From contig JBDRKX010000047.1 in the NCBI GenBank assembly GCA_043813605.1, forward strand, positions 64,001 to 128,000: DNA of 64,000 nt. The letters are read 5' to 3'. Source of the DNA: Elusimicrobiota bacterium (GTDB lineage Bacteria > CG03 > SLGR01 > JBDRKX01). Of the stretch, positions 27,101-42,100 are shown one piece after another. Both the position numbers and the translations under genes were made by a program. The first letter of the stretch is position 1, and each line of letters starts with the position of its first letter. The notes beneath the pieces are model-generated. The model saw nothing but the letters and a program-made list of their open reading frames with translations, searched no databases and was not told the DNA's origin.

Positions 27101-30100
27101 CGCCGGTAGTTCGGGAAATTTTACTCTTTCGGCATATTTCGGGTCTTTCTGATCGGCGATCCTGTAGCGCCAGTTGTACCTGACGAGCTCGGCGCCTGTG
27201 AGATTGGGGTTATTTATCCGGTAATGGTCCCCCACTTCTTCGCCCACGGTAAGATATATCATTGATGTCTTCATGCCGAAAAGCTTTTTGAGCCAGGCAG
27301 TGTAATTCTCGATATTCCAGCCGTTATACATGTGTTCGTCGCCTATTCTCGGTGAATCATGCGAAGTAAGACTCGCCATCACACGCCCGCCGGCCTCCGG
27401 CCACCATTTCACTTCCGCCATCTGATGCAGGCCCAGTTCTTTTATCTTGTTTCCGACCTCGAAAGGCGCGCCGAGCTGTTCCACTATGGGCAGCTTGTCC
27501 CTCACAGAATATATCTTCTTTATCTCTTTCAGCAGCCGGTCCCCGGCAAGATATTCATCGCCGCTCATCAGTTCCTCTTTTCCAACCCATCCGTAAGCCA
27601 TGTGACCAGCGTCTATCCTGCCGCCATCAAAACCCAGTACATCCAGCTTGAACTCGTGCTGTTTCAGTATGAGGTCGAAAGGCCGTTCCGAGGATGCGAG
27701 CCCGGTATAACTGTATTGCGCAAGCGAACCCCATGAGTGCGGAGCACCAAAAGCTATGACGCCTGGACTCTTATCAAGACTCTGGAAATATCCGCTATTA
27801 TCTCTTGCGCTCGCCCAGACTTCTGCACTGTCCTTCCCCATGAAATACGGGGCATCATAGAAAACCCGGCCGCCCGCATGATGTATATCCCTGACGGCTT
27901 CGTCCCATTGTCCGAAGGCGACGTACTGCATAAATCTGTAGAATCCAATCATATCCGAGTAAACGGAATACACACTCTCAAAATTCTTACCGAACTTACT
28001 GCTCATTTCGGATATGAGATTCCCGAGTTCCGCCTCGAGTTCGAGTGTATCACCATGCCCCGAAGATATCATATTTTCTATACGGTACCGGGTGAGGACC
28101 GCGTTTACTATCTCACTGTTCCAAGTCCACCACGAATCTTTGAAAGTATTCGTAAAGGCCATAAAACTGGCGTAATCATCGAGCCACCAGGAGTGTTCCT
28201 GTGCAAAATCATCGATTTTTCTCCTGAGCTTCATATGCGCGGGCTTTTCGCTCTGGTTCAATATTGAATACAGTTTTCTGGCATATACTGTTTCCGCCAG
28301 TTCCAGTTTTTCGTAATCAACAAAATCATTATTGTATTCAGGGAGGGAACTGAAATCATTTTCAAAATTATCAGAAGCCACCTTGTTCCAGTTGATGAAG
28401 AGTTCATTCAGCGCGTAACTGCTTGCAGCGCTGTACGGGCTGTGCGCCGCGTCCCGTGTGGGATTGACAGGCAGAAGCTGCAGTGTGTTGATGCCGATTT
28501 TTTCCCTGTATTCCCTGAAGGTATCTGCAAGGTCGGTGAATTTACCTATCCCGAAATCTCTCCCCGCTTTCTGTCTGAGAGAGAAAACAGGCACTTGGAG
28601 AGCGAATATCCTCCTTATTTTAGAAACAGGAGGATCGACATAGAGCCTGATGTTTCCCGCAGGGCCGGCCACATAGGTCCACGTAACCCCCTTATCAACC
28701 GAGAACCGCACCGTATATTCGTAATCGCCGGCGAGCCTGGGCTTGAGTATCCCCTTGAACCTGTATCCCTCACCATCCGAGCGGTCGTACCTCATGTTTA
28801 TCGCGCGCCATCTCTTCTTCGCGGGAGCATTCTCCCTGTCGAGGTTTGTCCATATCTCCGCCCTGATATCCGCAGGATCTATATCACCGCTGACAACAAC
28901 AGCAGCGTAAACATTCATCTTTTTTAGGGCATTGGTATATATTTTGCTACCGAGGTCTGGCTCAGCCCAGCCGGCGTTCACTATCTCAGCAGGCGGCGCG
29001 CGCGCCGGCGGTAAAACCTTGAACGGGTCTGAAGATTCAACTCCCATCTCCGATGCGAGCTTCCTTACTTCGGCATAAGCCCTGAGTATCTCGCTCACTC
29101 CCCACGCCTGTGCGTCGCACCCGCGCGGAGTATGCGGCGCATCACCGTCCATTATCTCGGATATGCTGCCAACGCCCGCTTCCCTCAGCTGCTTCTTAAC
29201 AGGTTCAAGGTACCCCAGCGCTCTGCTCACAGCCTGCGCGGAATTATTGTTCGCTTTCAGGTAGGCCAGGATAAACTGGCCGTAGGGCCAGGTCCACGCG
29301 GTACCGTTATGATAAGCGGGTTTACGCTGTGTATCCTCATCTCCCTCGTACCGTCCGCTGTAGGGATCGAACGGGTCTTTGAGGTGCGCTATCCCGCGCA
29401 GCGGCACATTGATCTTTTCGTCGGCGAGGCTCCTGAGGGCGCCGGGTATCACAAGTTTTGAAGCAACGGTATCCATCACCTTCCTGGCCTTGCCGGCACT
29501 AAGCATACCGTAGAGCACCGCCGTTACCTGGTTGGAGCGTATTGAACCATCCGGTATCCCGTCGTAGGCGCCCTGACCGGGCCTCGCGAGGATGCAGTCA
29601 TTGAGGTAGCCTCTCCTGTTCCAGAAAAGCTCGTTGAAACTCTTTTCTATCTTACCTGCCAGAGATGGATCGGCGATACCGAGGGAGGACAGGTATTCCA
29701 CAGCATTATGCCAGAGAGCCTGTATCTCCACGGGATACCCTTCCCTGGGCGTTCCTGCTGGAAAGTTCGTGTCCATCCATGTGAAGTGCGACGGTGAGAA
29801 TACAAGGCCGGATTCGGTATCCATAACGATTCCGTTCGGAGTTCCTATCCTGTAATTCGTGTATATTGATTTCAATATGTCCCTGAGCGTCCTGCCCTCG
29901 ACTACCTCCAAATCCACTATACTCTTGTCCCCCGTAGTCTCTATATACTGCTTTACTGCCTCTATGAACCACAGCGGCGCATCAGAAGTGTCCCTGTCGG
30001 AGGCGTCTTTACCCCTGATTATATTCGGGAGCGTCCCCTTGTCTTCGAATATGGCGAACTGGATGAGTATATCCCTGACCTCTTCAGTCCTGCCGGCGCT

Positions 30101-33100
30101 CAGCATCCCGAGCGCGACTATCAATGTGTCGCGGCCCCAGTCGAGGAACCACGGGTAACCGGCTATTACTGTCTTGTGACTATCCCTGTCAACAATGAAC
30201 TTATCTAACGAAAGCGCCATTATCCGGGCGAAAGGATCTTCCTGTAACCTTTCAGGCAATTTTTTTATTACCTTCTTCTGTTCTTCCAGCTCTTTGTTGA
30301 ACAAGCCCTCTATATTCTCATCTTCGTATAAATATTCCCTGCCTTTCGGTTCCTCAGTAGAAGCAACCCAGCTTACAGTTTCCCCTTCAGTCAGAATCAT
30401 TTCAAAATATCCGGGACTCAAAGCATCAGACTTTGTTTCCATTCCCCTAACTCCTTCTATCGAGTGTTCAATATTATAATGCCACTGAGGATCCTTATGA
30501 TATTTCCCGCGACCGGAGATAATAGTTATCCCTTTGAATGGATACCAGTCACCCGTATTAAACCACAACCCATCCAATCCTTTTTTTAATAAATCCCCCT
30601 CTATCCTGCCTGTCTTATCAAACCACAGTCCGTCTTTTCCTTTGGTTACATTATGAAAATCTCTCCATTCCAAATGATGCCGGACATTTAATTTAACACT
30701 GCCTTCACATTTCAGTAAATGGTACCGCGCAATTACTGTGTTCTCTCCCTTTACAAGCTGAAGAGTTTTTTCGATAAGAATTCCTTCTACTTCATACTTC
30801 CATGTCGGAAGCGGATATGCTTCAAAACTAACCATGTTTTCAGCATCAAGCGGATAAGACACCCCATTGATAACAACATTTTCATAAGACCCTTTCACCA
30901 GAACCTTTCTGTCCTCTGGAACATCTGGATTTATATTGGCTGCTAAAAGAGCATCATACTTGGAATAGTATTTACCGGGTTGTATAGCCGTTCTTAGCAT
31001 TGCACCTTTTCCATTTGCAAGTGTTATTGTTCTTTCCGCTCCGAACTCTCCTTTTGATAATACAAGGTCTTTTTCACTTATTTTCTGTTTATCAATTCTT
31101 ATTGCGTCTTCAGCAAACTCGAATAGTTTTTGCTGAATAGGATTATCTTTTACGGCTTCGTGGTAGGCTTCGTAGGAAGGATATGTTTTGCTTACTACTA
31201 CTTCTTTATACTCCCCGATCTCATGTTCAACAAGACTCTTGAGGAGTTCATCTGTTTCCGGCGGGCTCCTTCCGGCGAGGCCTTCTAAGAATTTTGCATG
31301 GACAAGAAGTGTCACCTCTTTTGTAACCTCGTTCACTTCCAGTGTTGCAAGCGACCAGACGTCTTCTGTTATCAGATCAGGGTTAGCGCTTACTTCTACG
31401 GATGGTGTATACCCTGCCATGATATGGTTTAACATGTTTTCAAGCTTTTCAGTATATTCTGTTTCATCATAAGGCAGTTCTTTTCGTTTTATTATCTTCT
31501 GCCGGTAGATGTCTATTAACGCTTTAGAGACATCTACTGCTGATCTAACGGGGAGTGTAACAGGAGTCAAAAGCAGTTCCACCTCCTTACCCAGAGAAAT
31601 GATCTTTTTTTCTTCCGCAACACCAACGAGCTCTTTTTGCAATTCACGCGCTTCTTCGGCTTTTTCCAAATCACTGATCCATTGTTCTATGTCTTTCAGT
31701 TCATCTTCGACAAATGTTATTTTCACAGGTTTCCTATATCTGCCGAAAAGCGTGTCCGGCTGTTGATCCGCTTTTTCATAATCGACAATACCCTGACTGT
31801 CTAAAAGGAATTTCTTCAGGCCCGATCTGTACTCCAGATCCTTAAGATACCTGTCATGCGCTGCAGTATCTTGTTCAGGCTCTTCATCGAGGAACTGCAT
31901 ACCTATATCCAGGAAGAAGATCACTCCGTCAATCTTCAATCCTGATTCACCGGCATGCCGGGCAGCACTTTTTTCAAGAACCCGCCAGTTATCATCTTCA
32001 GTGTATGTCCTCATCTTGTATTCCACTTTATCTTCGCGGACTTCCGCTATCTCGATCTTCTGACGGCTGGATTTACATTCCACTATAAACACTTTGCCGG
32101 TTTTCTTGTGTCTTACTACCATGTCGAGTTCAGTAAGATATTCCCCGTTCTTATACGCGTCCCGGCCCGCTTCCAGTATTTCAAAACCTGCATCACTGAA
32201 AAGTTTTATAGCATCAAGTTCGAGCTTTAAGCCCACATACCTTGAATAAAGAGTACCTGTTATTATCTCGGTGAGCCGTTTGTGTTCATTAAATTCATGC
32301 ACGAGGTCTATCCACGGTTTTTGAGAATATTCAAGCATATCCGTTTCTATATCTTCGCTATACCTGATCTCTATAACATCATCCAGCCGGGCCTTATTAT
32401 TCTCAACATATTCCCTGAATTCACTTATTCCCCGGGTATCTATGACTATTATGGCTTTATCGAATTGACCTATTGTCTTTGGTACCTTTCCGCCTTTCCC
32501 GTAGTTCTCGTTCAGATCGTCCATAAGACCGGCCAGTCTTTTTATGCCTTCATTGACAATAGACTCATGCTGCTGTTCTTCTGTAGCTGTTTTGTCCGGA
32601 GGATGATAGAATACCTGGTGCGTGCTGACCAGAGCGCGTTTTTTTCTGCCTTTATCATCTGGATCACTGTAGTTATCTATCACAGCATCCACCCATTCAA
32701 GACTCCAGTCTATACTTTCATTGGATTTGGCTACAGTCTCACTCTTTACCTGTCCGGTTTTTATGGCAAAAGCGATTGAAAGCAGTTTTGCTCTCAACTC
32801 TGCATATGTGTCGTTCATTATATCGACCGTGTCGCTTAAAGACTCGTCAGTGTATCCGTATTCGTCTTTCAAAAGCTTAACAAGTTTATCAATATCCCTT
32901 CTTAACCAGGCGGCTTTTTTCCTCAATACCGTATAGATCAGATCACCTTCTGGTTTCAGGATATCCGACGGCTCTTCATAGGAAGCCTCCGGTAACGGTT
33001 CTACTCTGCTTAAACCGAATTTTGTATGATAATGGATACCTGTCGCAACATTTATTACGGGTCTCTTATGATACCTGAACACAAGGGCTTCTTTACTGCT

Positions 33101-36100
33101 CAAGACGGACGGCTGAGCGAGGATTATGCCTATAGGCTGTTTCTGTTTCCTCAGTTCCGGGATAAATTTTACAAGCTCTCTATACTTTGATTTCTTTACT
33201 TTTTTCGTAGGATCTTTCATCAGGTACCCGGGGTCTTCAATATATCTGAGCATGAGTTCCTGTTTATCCAATTGCTGCATCACATCCCGGTAAGTTGCCC
33301 TTTCTATCCAGTTTTTGGATTCCACTGAAAAGAGCCTGCCTTCTTTATCAGCTACAATGCTGTCCAGCTCAGTTAAATATGCTAGACCACCGCTCTTGTT
33401 TTTATACTGGTAACTGACAGATAGAGCTTTAATAGTATAACCCCGCTCACTTTCCAGATACAGATCAGATAACAGCTCACCGGTTGTTCCCGCTACTTTA
33501 TGCGGATAGATATAGGTACCCGAAACATCAGTGAGGAGATCCCTTAGAGTATTGAGCATTCCAGGTACATTCCGGTAATAAAACAGCAATGCTAACACGG
33601 CATCGAAATTACGATACTCTCCGGATCCCATTATCAGCTGGTACAGAGCAAATCCGGCTTCCTTAAGTCCCTTATTAAACCCGACAGCTTTGGGTTCTAT
33701 TTTTGTATTTGAATACATATTTTTTATCAGCCCCTCTATCATCAGCAGGAATATCTTCTTGTATTCAGCCGGAACTTTTCTATAGTATTCATCAACATAT
33801 TTCATGAATTTTTTAGGAATATCGGGCTGTACAGCATCTTTGGCTGATTTCGCGGATCTTATCAGCGCATCCAGTTTCCTGCCTAACGGAGTACCGGAGA
33901 GATCGGGCATGATTTCTTCCGATATAAAACTGTCTATATATCTTCTAAAACGCGGCTGGAGCGGGTTCTCTATATTATCCGGTTCATATACACCCAGTTC
34001 CGTCCATTTAAAGATCGTTCTCTGTATATTCTTATATACGTTTCTATGCGCTTCAAGGTCTGTTTCCGGGTATGTCGCTGAAAAGGCCTCGTGGAAAAGT
34101 ATCTCGTCAAACAATTCCATAAACTCGGCTCTTCTTATAAAATTGCGGCCTATAACTATACTATCATCGAGGGCATAAGCAAGCAGGTAATCGTTTTTGC
34201 CTTTTATTACAGGATTAAAAGCAACTATTTTGTCCTGTTCGTAATAATCCAGCAATGTTCTATGTGCAGGCAAAACATTGAACAATATTGTTTTCAGGAT
34301 TGTTGATTTTTCTTCAGGAAGGATGGCAATAAGTGATTGGGTGGTTTCATTTTTCGGATCGATCAGTTCTTCGATCAGTCTGATAGCCTGTTCATCAAGT
34401 TTCCCGCGCGCAAAATAGGATTCAAGTTTATCCAGCACATAGAATGCATTATCCGACTGTTCTGCAGGCACATCTCCCAGTAGTGCGAACACTGCATCCA
34501 GGGTCTTCTTTTCGAAATTCTTTATACTGCTGTAAATAAAAGCTTTTTCAGTCTCATTGAAAGAAGAAGTTTTCTGAAGGGCGGCACTGTCGCGCGAAGA
34601 GCCATCCCCTATCGCACCTTTAACACCGATAATTCCAGCCTTTACCGTTTCGGCCTTTTTGCGGCGCGCTGCTTCGCGGCTCACAGACATAAGCTCTTCG
34701 GCAGTAACTCCTTTAGGCAATCTTTTCAAATCTTTTTCGATCGTACTTTTTATGAGAGGAAAGTACTTATGTGAAGTTATGAAATGGTCTGAAGCGATAA
34801 AGCCTTCTGTATGCACATAGACATATGGAAGGTCTTCGAATGAGAGAGGCCGTCTGACAGCCCGCTTTATCATTGCGAGATCCGTGCTTGGTACTGACTG
34901 ACAAAGGAGTATTTCTACACGGTCAGTCCGGTTCATGTCTTTCAGTTCGGGAACGTATTTTAGCCACGCTTTGTAAGGACCACTGTGGTTTTCGAGTTTC
35001 GTGAGTATTCTGTCATAGCGCTTCATCTGTTTAATAGTTGCTCTGGTATCTAGTGAATAGCGGTTGTTCTTCGCTTCGGCCGCAAAAACCTTTCCATCTT
35101 TAACGAGCATCATATCCATCTCTCCGGCCATGATATTCTTAACATATTCCAGGCTGAATGCTCTCAGTTCGTATCCTTTCTCTTCAAGGTATGCCGCGGT
35201 CTGAAGTTCCCCGGTCAGACCGGAAATGTGTGTATAGTATGCTTCTGTAAACCGGAATCTTCTTGAATGGCCAAGGCCGAGCAGTACATTCTCAAGACCC
35301 GGTACTTCACGGAAATGGTATAACATCGCTACTATTGCATCAATATCTTTTGCATTTTCGTCCGCCATTATGTTTTTTAGATGATGCGAAACGATAGGCA
35401 GCCTGTTTTCAAAACGGAATGGCGGCGCCCTTTCGGAAGTTACACTGTAAAAATCACGGTTATTTATTATGCCGTTTATTATAGCTCTAAATGCTGTTTT
35501 ATACTGCTCCGGTATAGCATCAAAGTCCTGCTCTACGCTTTTCCAGTATTCATATTTAGCAGGTATTTCACTGAAAGAAGAGCCCCTGAGTTCATTTATT
35601 ATCCTGGAAAATCTTTTCTCGAAAGGCACAACAGTCGACATGCTTCCAGTGACTCTTACATCTACATAGTAGCGGAGAGCGTCTTTCAGCGGATTCTCTT
35701 TTCCGAAGATCAGCCTCTGTATGCCTTCATAAACCGATCTGTGAGTCTTGTAATCATGTTCACCGAACAATGCAGAATACCCTTCATGAAAAAGTATTTC
35801 GTCGAAATATTCCCTGAATTCCGTAAATTCGGCATCAAAAAAATCCTGTGCCAATACGATCCTGTCACCGGCAACATAAGCCAGTAGATAGTCTTCACGG
35901 TTGTTGATAAGGGATTGAACTTTTTCTATTTTTCCGTTTTCAAAATACTCAAGAAGTGTCTTATGGACGGGTATTGCTTTATATAACAGGTTTTCCAGGT
36001 TTCCTTTGCGCTTTTGGGGCAGTTTTGACAGTGTGTTTTTTATTATAAAGTTATTGGGATCGGTCAGTTCATTGAAAAACCCGAGCATATCTTCGTCCAG

Positions 36101-39100
36101 GTCACTGCGGGCAAAATATTCTGTTAATAATTCCAACGTATAATCCGTAAACTTTTTATGCTTCTTTTCAGCTGCTTCAAGTTCCACAAAAACAAGTTCC
36201 TGAAGTTGTTTACCCAATTCGGCTATTTTGTCTTCTATTAAGACTTTATCCTGCGTTTCCAGCCGGTTTGTCCGCTGGTATTCTGCCATTTTAAGGGCTT
36301 TTCCCTTGCCTATCGCTCCCCGGAGTCCTGTAACAGCCTCTATCGCAGGTAAAGTCACCAGATTCCTGTATGACACCTCTTCTGCAGGCACCTCCCGCAG
36401 TTCTTGAGTAACACTCTTCCTGATATTGTCAAAAACCCTGAGTTGAGCCATAAACACCAACATAAGATCCGAACCCTGAAGAAATTCCGCAATTTCAAAC
36501 TGCTTTTTCTGGACATTCATACCGTGCATCAGATGCAGTTTCGCTACTTCTTCCGCATGTTTCTGAGGATAACCGTATCGCGTAAAATTGTCTATTTCTC
36601 TTCTTGTAACTGCCCAGTCTTTATAGTGCATCTGACCGAGAAACTGTATCTGTTCTTTGCTAAGATTGAATTTTTTATTTAATTCCATATCCATTCCGGC
36701 TTCAAGCAGTTCGTGAATGAGTATTTCCGGCATAGCGGGATTCTCGGAATCGAACCTCATCTCTATAGCCGGTCTCTTTTGCCACAGATATATGTTCTCT
36801 TCAGCCCATGTCTTTTTTCCTTTTTCAAGGCCGTCTTTAAACTCAATACTTATGTCAAAAGCGCTGATGATCTCCTTAAGTTCGTCAAACCTGTATGCCC
36901 TGTCTATAGCATCTTTCAGCTGGGGCAGCATTGCCCGATCCATTCTGCGGATATGAAGATCTATTCCTCTGTATCCAATTTTTCTTTTATATAGATTCTT
37001 TACCAGTGATATACCGGCCGCCAGCGGAGCTATAGCCGAAAGGACCCAGGTGACAAAATATGCCGGCAACTCATCCAGCCCGGCAAACAGGCCGCCAAGC
37101 ATATATTCTCTCATGCCTGACGGTTTTAATCCGGCTTTTTCCGCCATTACCGTAGGCTGAAACCGGCTCACATGTACTCTCTCGTGGAGGAGACTGGCCA
37201 TAATATGTATCCCGGATAACACACTGGTCAACACTGATCCTGCAGCAATGATATGCCCTACATTCAAATATAGCGTACCGTCTATTATGCCTGCAACGGC
37301 ATAGTTTCCGCTTAAAGATACAAATTCTTCTGTAGACATCAAACGGTAATCATCCTTAAAAAACCTCTTGATCAGTTTAAGCAGGGACGGATCCAGCAAA
37401 GCCTCAAGTTCGACAGTTGTATCTCCGGATTTAAAATATCCTTTTTCAAAAAGTTTGACCATATCCCCTGTTTCGGGTTCAACTGCGTATATTCTTTCAA
37501 TCATATTTTTCAGGTATTCTGTACTGCCATATTTTCCGGCACGCACTGTAGCTATAAGGAACAATCCGAAAAACGAAGCAAGAGAGACGATGGATACGAG
37601 AGGCATTCCGAAAAGGAGCATATCAGCACCCAGAAGGAGAGACCATGAAAGCGCCGCACTCATGAATGCAATGGGAGTATATACTACCTGGCCCGCGATT
37701 ATACCATGTCTGTTAAGAACTATGTCCCATAACTTATCTACTTTTTTAAAATCCCCAACAGACATGTTCTTAAAATGATGGCCATATATCAAGTCACTGT
37801 CCTCGTGTTCCAGTATAAGCCGGAACGCTTCGCGGTTACTCCGTGAATATACATAATCAAGAAGGTTTGTGTGCACATATATCGAGTCCGTACCTGAATG
37901 ACCAAGTACTCTTCCTTCTGCAAACTCATCACCGCTTGAGAGAAGAAGGACCAGCCTACGGCTGCTAAGTGTCTCTGATTCCGATTCTACTGACAGTTCT
38001 AGAAAAAGTTTCAGTTTTTCTTTGAGTTTATCAGGGCCTTTACGCAGGATATATAACTCCAGCTCTCTTTCAGCAAGTCTGCGGGCATCTTCATCCTTAA
38101 AATAGAACGACTCCGTAAGATTTGCGGCTGTTTTCGCATAATCATCGCTGAACATATGATCGATATCTGACGACAGGATACCGGGTATAAGCGCAATCGC
38201 CCTGCCAGAAGTTATTGCGTCCAGTACTGCCCCGTCAACATCTTCCTGTATTACGCCTTTTTTCATAAGGTTCTTTTCTGTACCCTGTGCCAACTGTCTC
38301 TGCTTGAAGAGTTCCACCCGATTCAAAGCCTTTCTGATACTGCTCCCCGCGCCGACGCCTATTTTCCTCTCTTTTCTCATAGACTCTTTCAGTCCTTTTA
38401 AACGGCTCGTAAGTATCTTGCGTATATCTCTGAGTTCCGGATGTGTTATCAATTCTTTATCAGCCAGTACCGATTCGATCTTTTGTACAAGTATTTCCGC
38501 TTTCCTGTCCCTATAAGTGATCTTATCAAGGAACCCTGTCGTTGCTTCGCCCGGACGCATATTCCTTGTCACACTCAGGAACCGGTTTATTACTTCCCCG
38601 TCCGGAGTATGTCCTGACCATAACCATTCTCCCCTAAGATCAGTCACATCCAGGTAAGGCATGAATTTGCCCAGATAACGCTGATACATCTGGAAAGCTT
38701 TCATAAAGTCCTTTGTCCCTGTTTCCATAATACCGTCATACCCCACAACATAGAATTCTCCTTTGATCTGGAGTAAAAGAGCCGGATGAAGCGTGTTCTC
38801 TGACCCGAGTTCGGTGTCCGCTGACCTGCGGACTTTTATGATATATCCCTCGACATCAGGTATGACATCTACTATATCCGCAATAAAATCGAGCATATGG
38901 TAATACAGGGCCATATACCTGGGATTCAGTGAAGTAATATCGTCTATAGCCCACTGTATATACCTTTCCAGATTTTCTTTTCTGTACTGTCCCAGATTCT
39001 CATACCATAAGTTAAACTCTTCCTCTGATCTCAATTGGGCTATTTCATCAAGTATTTTCTGTATCTCCTGGTCGGCATAATGTGCGCCCTTTGGTAAAAG

Positions 39101-42100
39101 AGCAAGAAATTCACGGGTAAATATCCTGTCTTTGAAAAGGTTATAAATATCCTTATATACGCCTTCGTGTTTCTTATAATGGTCTATTAGCTTCATTGCA
39201 AAATTAACATACGGCGCTATATCTTCGCCATGTGCATCAAGGAATATTGCCTTCCAGTCATCTGAGAGTATCTCATCAATAATATCATTGAGCTGCAGAT
39301 AAGCCTCAAGGAGCCGGCGCTGTTCATCGCTAAGACTTTCGAGCCAGCCCTGGAAATCGAAGGACATATCCGCTCCCAGCGTTCCGGATATCTGTTCTAT
39401 GATATCCGGAACCAGAGCCAGTATATCTGATATATCCGCATCTGGTAGAACTCCACTTGCTTCGTCAGCCATATCCTGCATTCCGTTCTGAAGATATACA
39501 GCAAGCCACATTGCCTGACTACCGGTCATGTTATCTTTTACAAAACTTATAAGTTCTTCCTTTGAACTGATGTCAAGCGCCCCTATATCCGTATCCGCCT
39601 TTATACTGTCAAATACGCTGCCCATATGACCGGCAAATCCGGATATAACTCTATCATGATCAAACTTAAACCCTTTAAATTTGTTTAATAAATAGTCAAC
39701 AAGCCATTTGGCATGTTCTTCACCAAGTTCTTTTGCCCAGTCTTTAAATTCATCCAATGATAACCTGTTGATCTTGTCTTCTATATCGTTTATAAATCTT
39801 TCCCGGTCAGCAGGGCTCAGCCATACTTCTTCAGGTTCTTCTTTGGCATAACTCATCCTCGGCCTTTCTACACGAGTCGCGACTTCCCGCATCGGTTTTT
39901 TTGCGGGAAATGAAAACCTTATCTGAAAACCTATCCTGTGCTCCCTGTCCGCGTCCGCAGCCTGTGGATATACTTTTTCGATACTGCTTCCAAAAAGCGT
40001 CGTTTCAATATTAGTAGACATATATCTGGCAAGTCCTCTTATTCCTCCGAGGACTTCAGTCTCGTCGGCAAACATCGGGTGCTCGCTGTCACGCAGCCTG
40101 TATTCAGCAAGAAGACCCAGTTTATCAAATCCGGGTATAAAAGAGTCCCCCATAATACCGCCCTCAAGCCTGAGCTCGTCATATACGGGAGTATCTTCAT
40201 ATTCTATCTTTGTCGAAAGATCATAAGCATAAGCCTTACCTTCGTAACCGAACCCTAATGTCCTGCTCTCCGGGAAGAGTTCAGTATCCTCCAGAGGATC
40301 AAAATCTATAAGTTCCAGGACATTACTGATAAACAGTCTTTCAGTTTCAACTGCCCAGAGTTTGAGAGTATCATCAGTAGTAGGCCTGTATACAAACATA
40401 ATACCCTTTTCAAGATTGGCATATCCCGAGTGAAATCCTAAAAGTTGTGTATCTCCTGAATGGTAAGCGAAACTGTTTACAGCCGCTCCTACTGCCAGCG
40501 AAAAATTTCTCCAGTCTAGCGGAATACCGGTTTTTAAAGAGCCGCTCAACACATTAAGCTCTTCCTGTTCAAACGGACTTTTCAGATTAAGGTCTATATG
40601 AGAAGCTCCCAGATCAAAATCAAAATTTAAATAATGAAATATACTGCCGTCAAAACTGACTTCCACCATACCGTACGGACTTTCCAGTATATCGCTTTCT
40701 CCCTCAGGCCCGGCAAGACCGCCTATTCTGAAAATAATATCGCCTTCCTCAAGATAAAATACATTTCTACCTAAAATATTAAGATTGCGCACACTTAAAG
40801 TAGGATCGAGATAAGCGTTCATCCCGTAAGGGCCAAGATAGAATTCCGAACCTATATCGAATTCCGGGAAAGGGATATCCAGTCTGGCATCTATGTTAAA
40901 ACCACCGGAAGCGAATGGAGAACCAACAGGCCATAATACCATTGCCGTTATTATTATTATGCTCAGGAACCTCCTCACAGCCGGCATTATCTTTTTTGTA
41001 AATATCCATTTCAGTACCCGAAGGTTTTCAGGTATTTGTTTGGCTTCCCGGGCAAGCACCTTTTTCCAGAATCTGCTGACTATCCTGAAATCCTCAGGGC
41101 TCAGGTTTTCTATATGCCTGCCGTAGATTATGTCGTTATCTTCATGTTCCGATATCAACCGGAGAGCGGTAATATCATCTTCTGTTTGGACAGCTATCAG
41201 AGCATTGAAATGATAATGGATCGAATTTGTGGTTTTACCGCCATGGCCAAGGACTTTTCCTTTTGCGAAATGGCCTTTGGGATTCAAATGAACAACGAGC
41301 GTACGCTGTTGGAGCGTTTCCTGTGAAGTCTTTCTGTCTTCTCCTCTTAAAAGTCTGACCTTGTTCTTAAGTTTACTGGCAAGTACTGTGTAGAAGGGTT
41401 TCCTTACGGTTCCTATAAGGACCTTGAGCCGGTCCCTCAATATATTTATGTCCGAAGTCTCCATCCTTGCCAAGTGCCGTTTGAGTTCCTGCATGGACCT
41501 GATCCTGGCCCTGTCGTCCTGATCAAATCCTTTTGTCAGGTTATACGCCAGCATCTTTGGATCAGCAAACCATCTATCTATATCTTTCGCCTTTATGCCC
41601 GCAGGAATAGCTACTGCCCAGCCGTACTTAACATTGTTCCGTATATGTTTTTCGAGCCATTTAAGTTTTACTCCCTTTTTCATAAGGTTCTTGCCGGTAC
41701 CGCCTTCCTCAGCTTTCTCGAGCTTTATCTTCTCTATTTCAGCGGCATCTCTTTTTACTGTTATCCTCTCATTTGCCCATCGAAGAGCTTCTGCCCAGAA
41801 TCTCTGAGATTTACTGCCATTATAGAGCCCTATATGCCCGGCGTTAATTATTCTTCGGTAAAGGTTTTCCGGTGGTGTGCTCACTTTTTCCGCCATAGCA
41901 AGACTCTGTCCCTGCCGGTTCTGCATAAATTCAAATATTCCCCTGAGCTGATCTTTGCCTGATGTTTTAATAAACGGATCATCCGATGAAAGAAACTCAT
42001 CAAATGCAATAGTGAACATCCTGTCTTCAACGACAGCTATCTTGCCGGGCTCCCTGTTAACATTGCCTTCACCGTCATCAGAGATGAGTTTATTGCGTTT

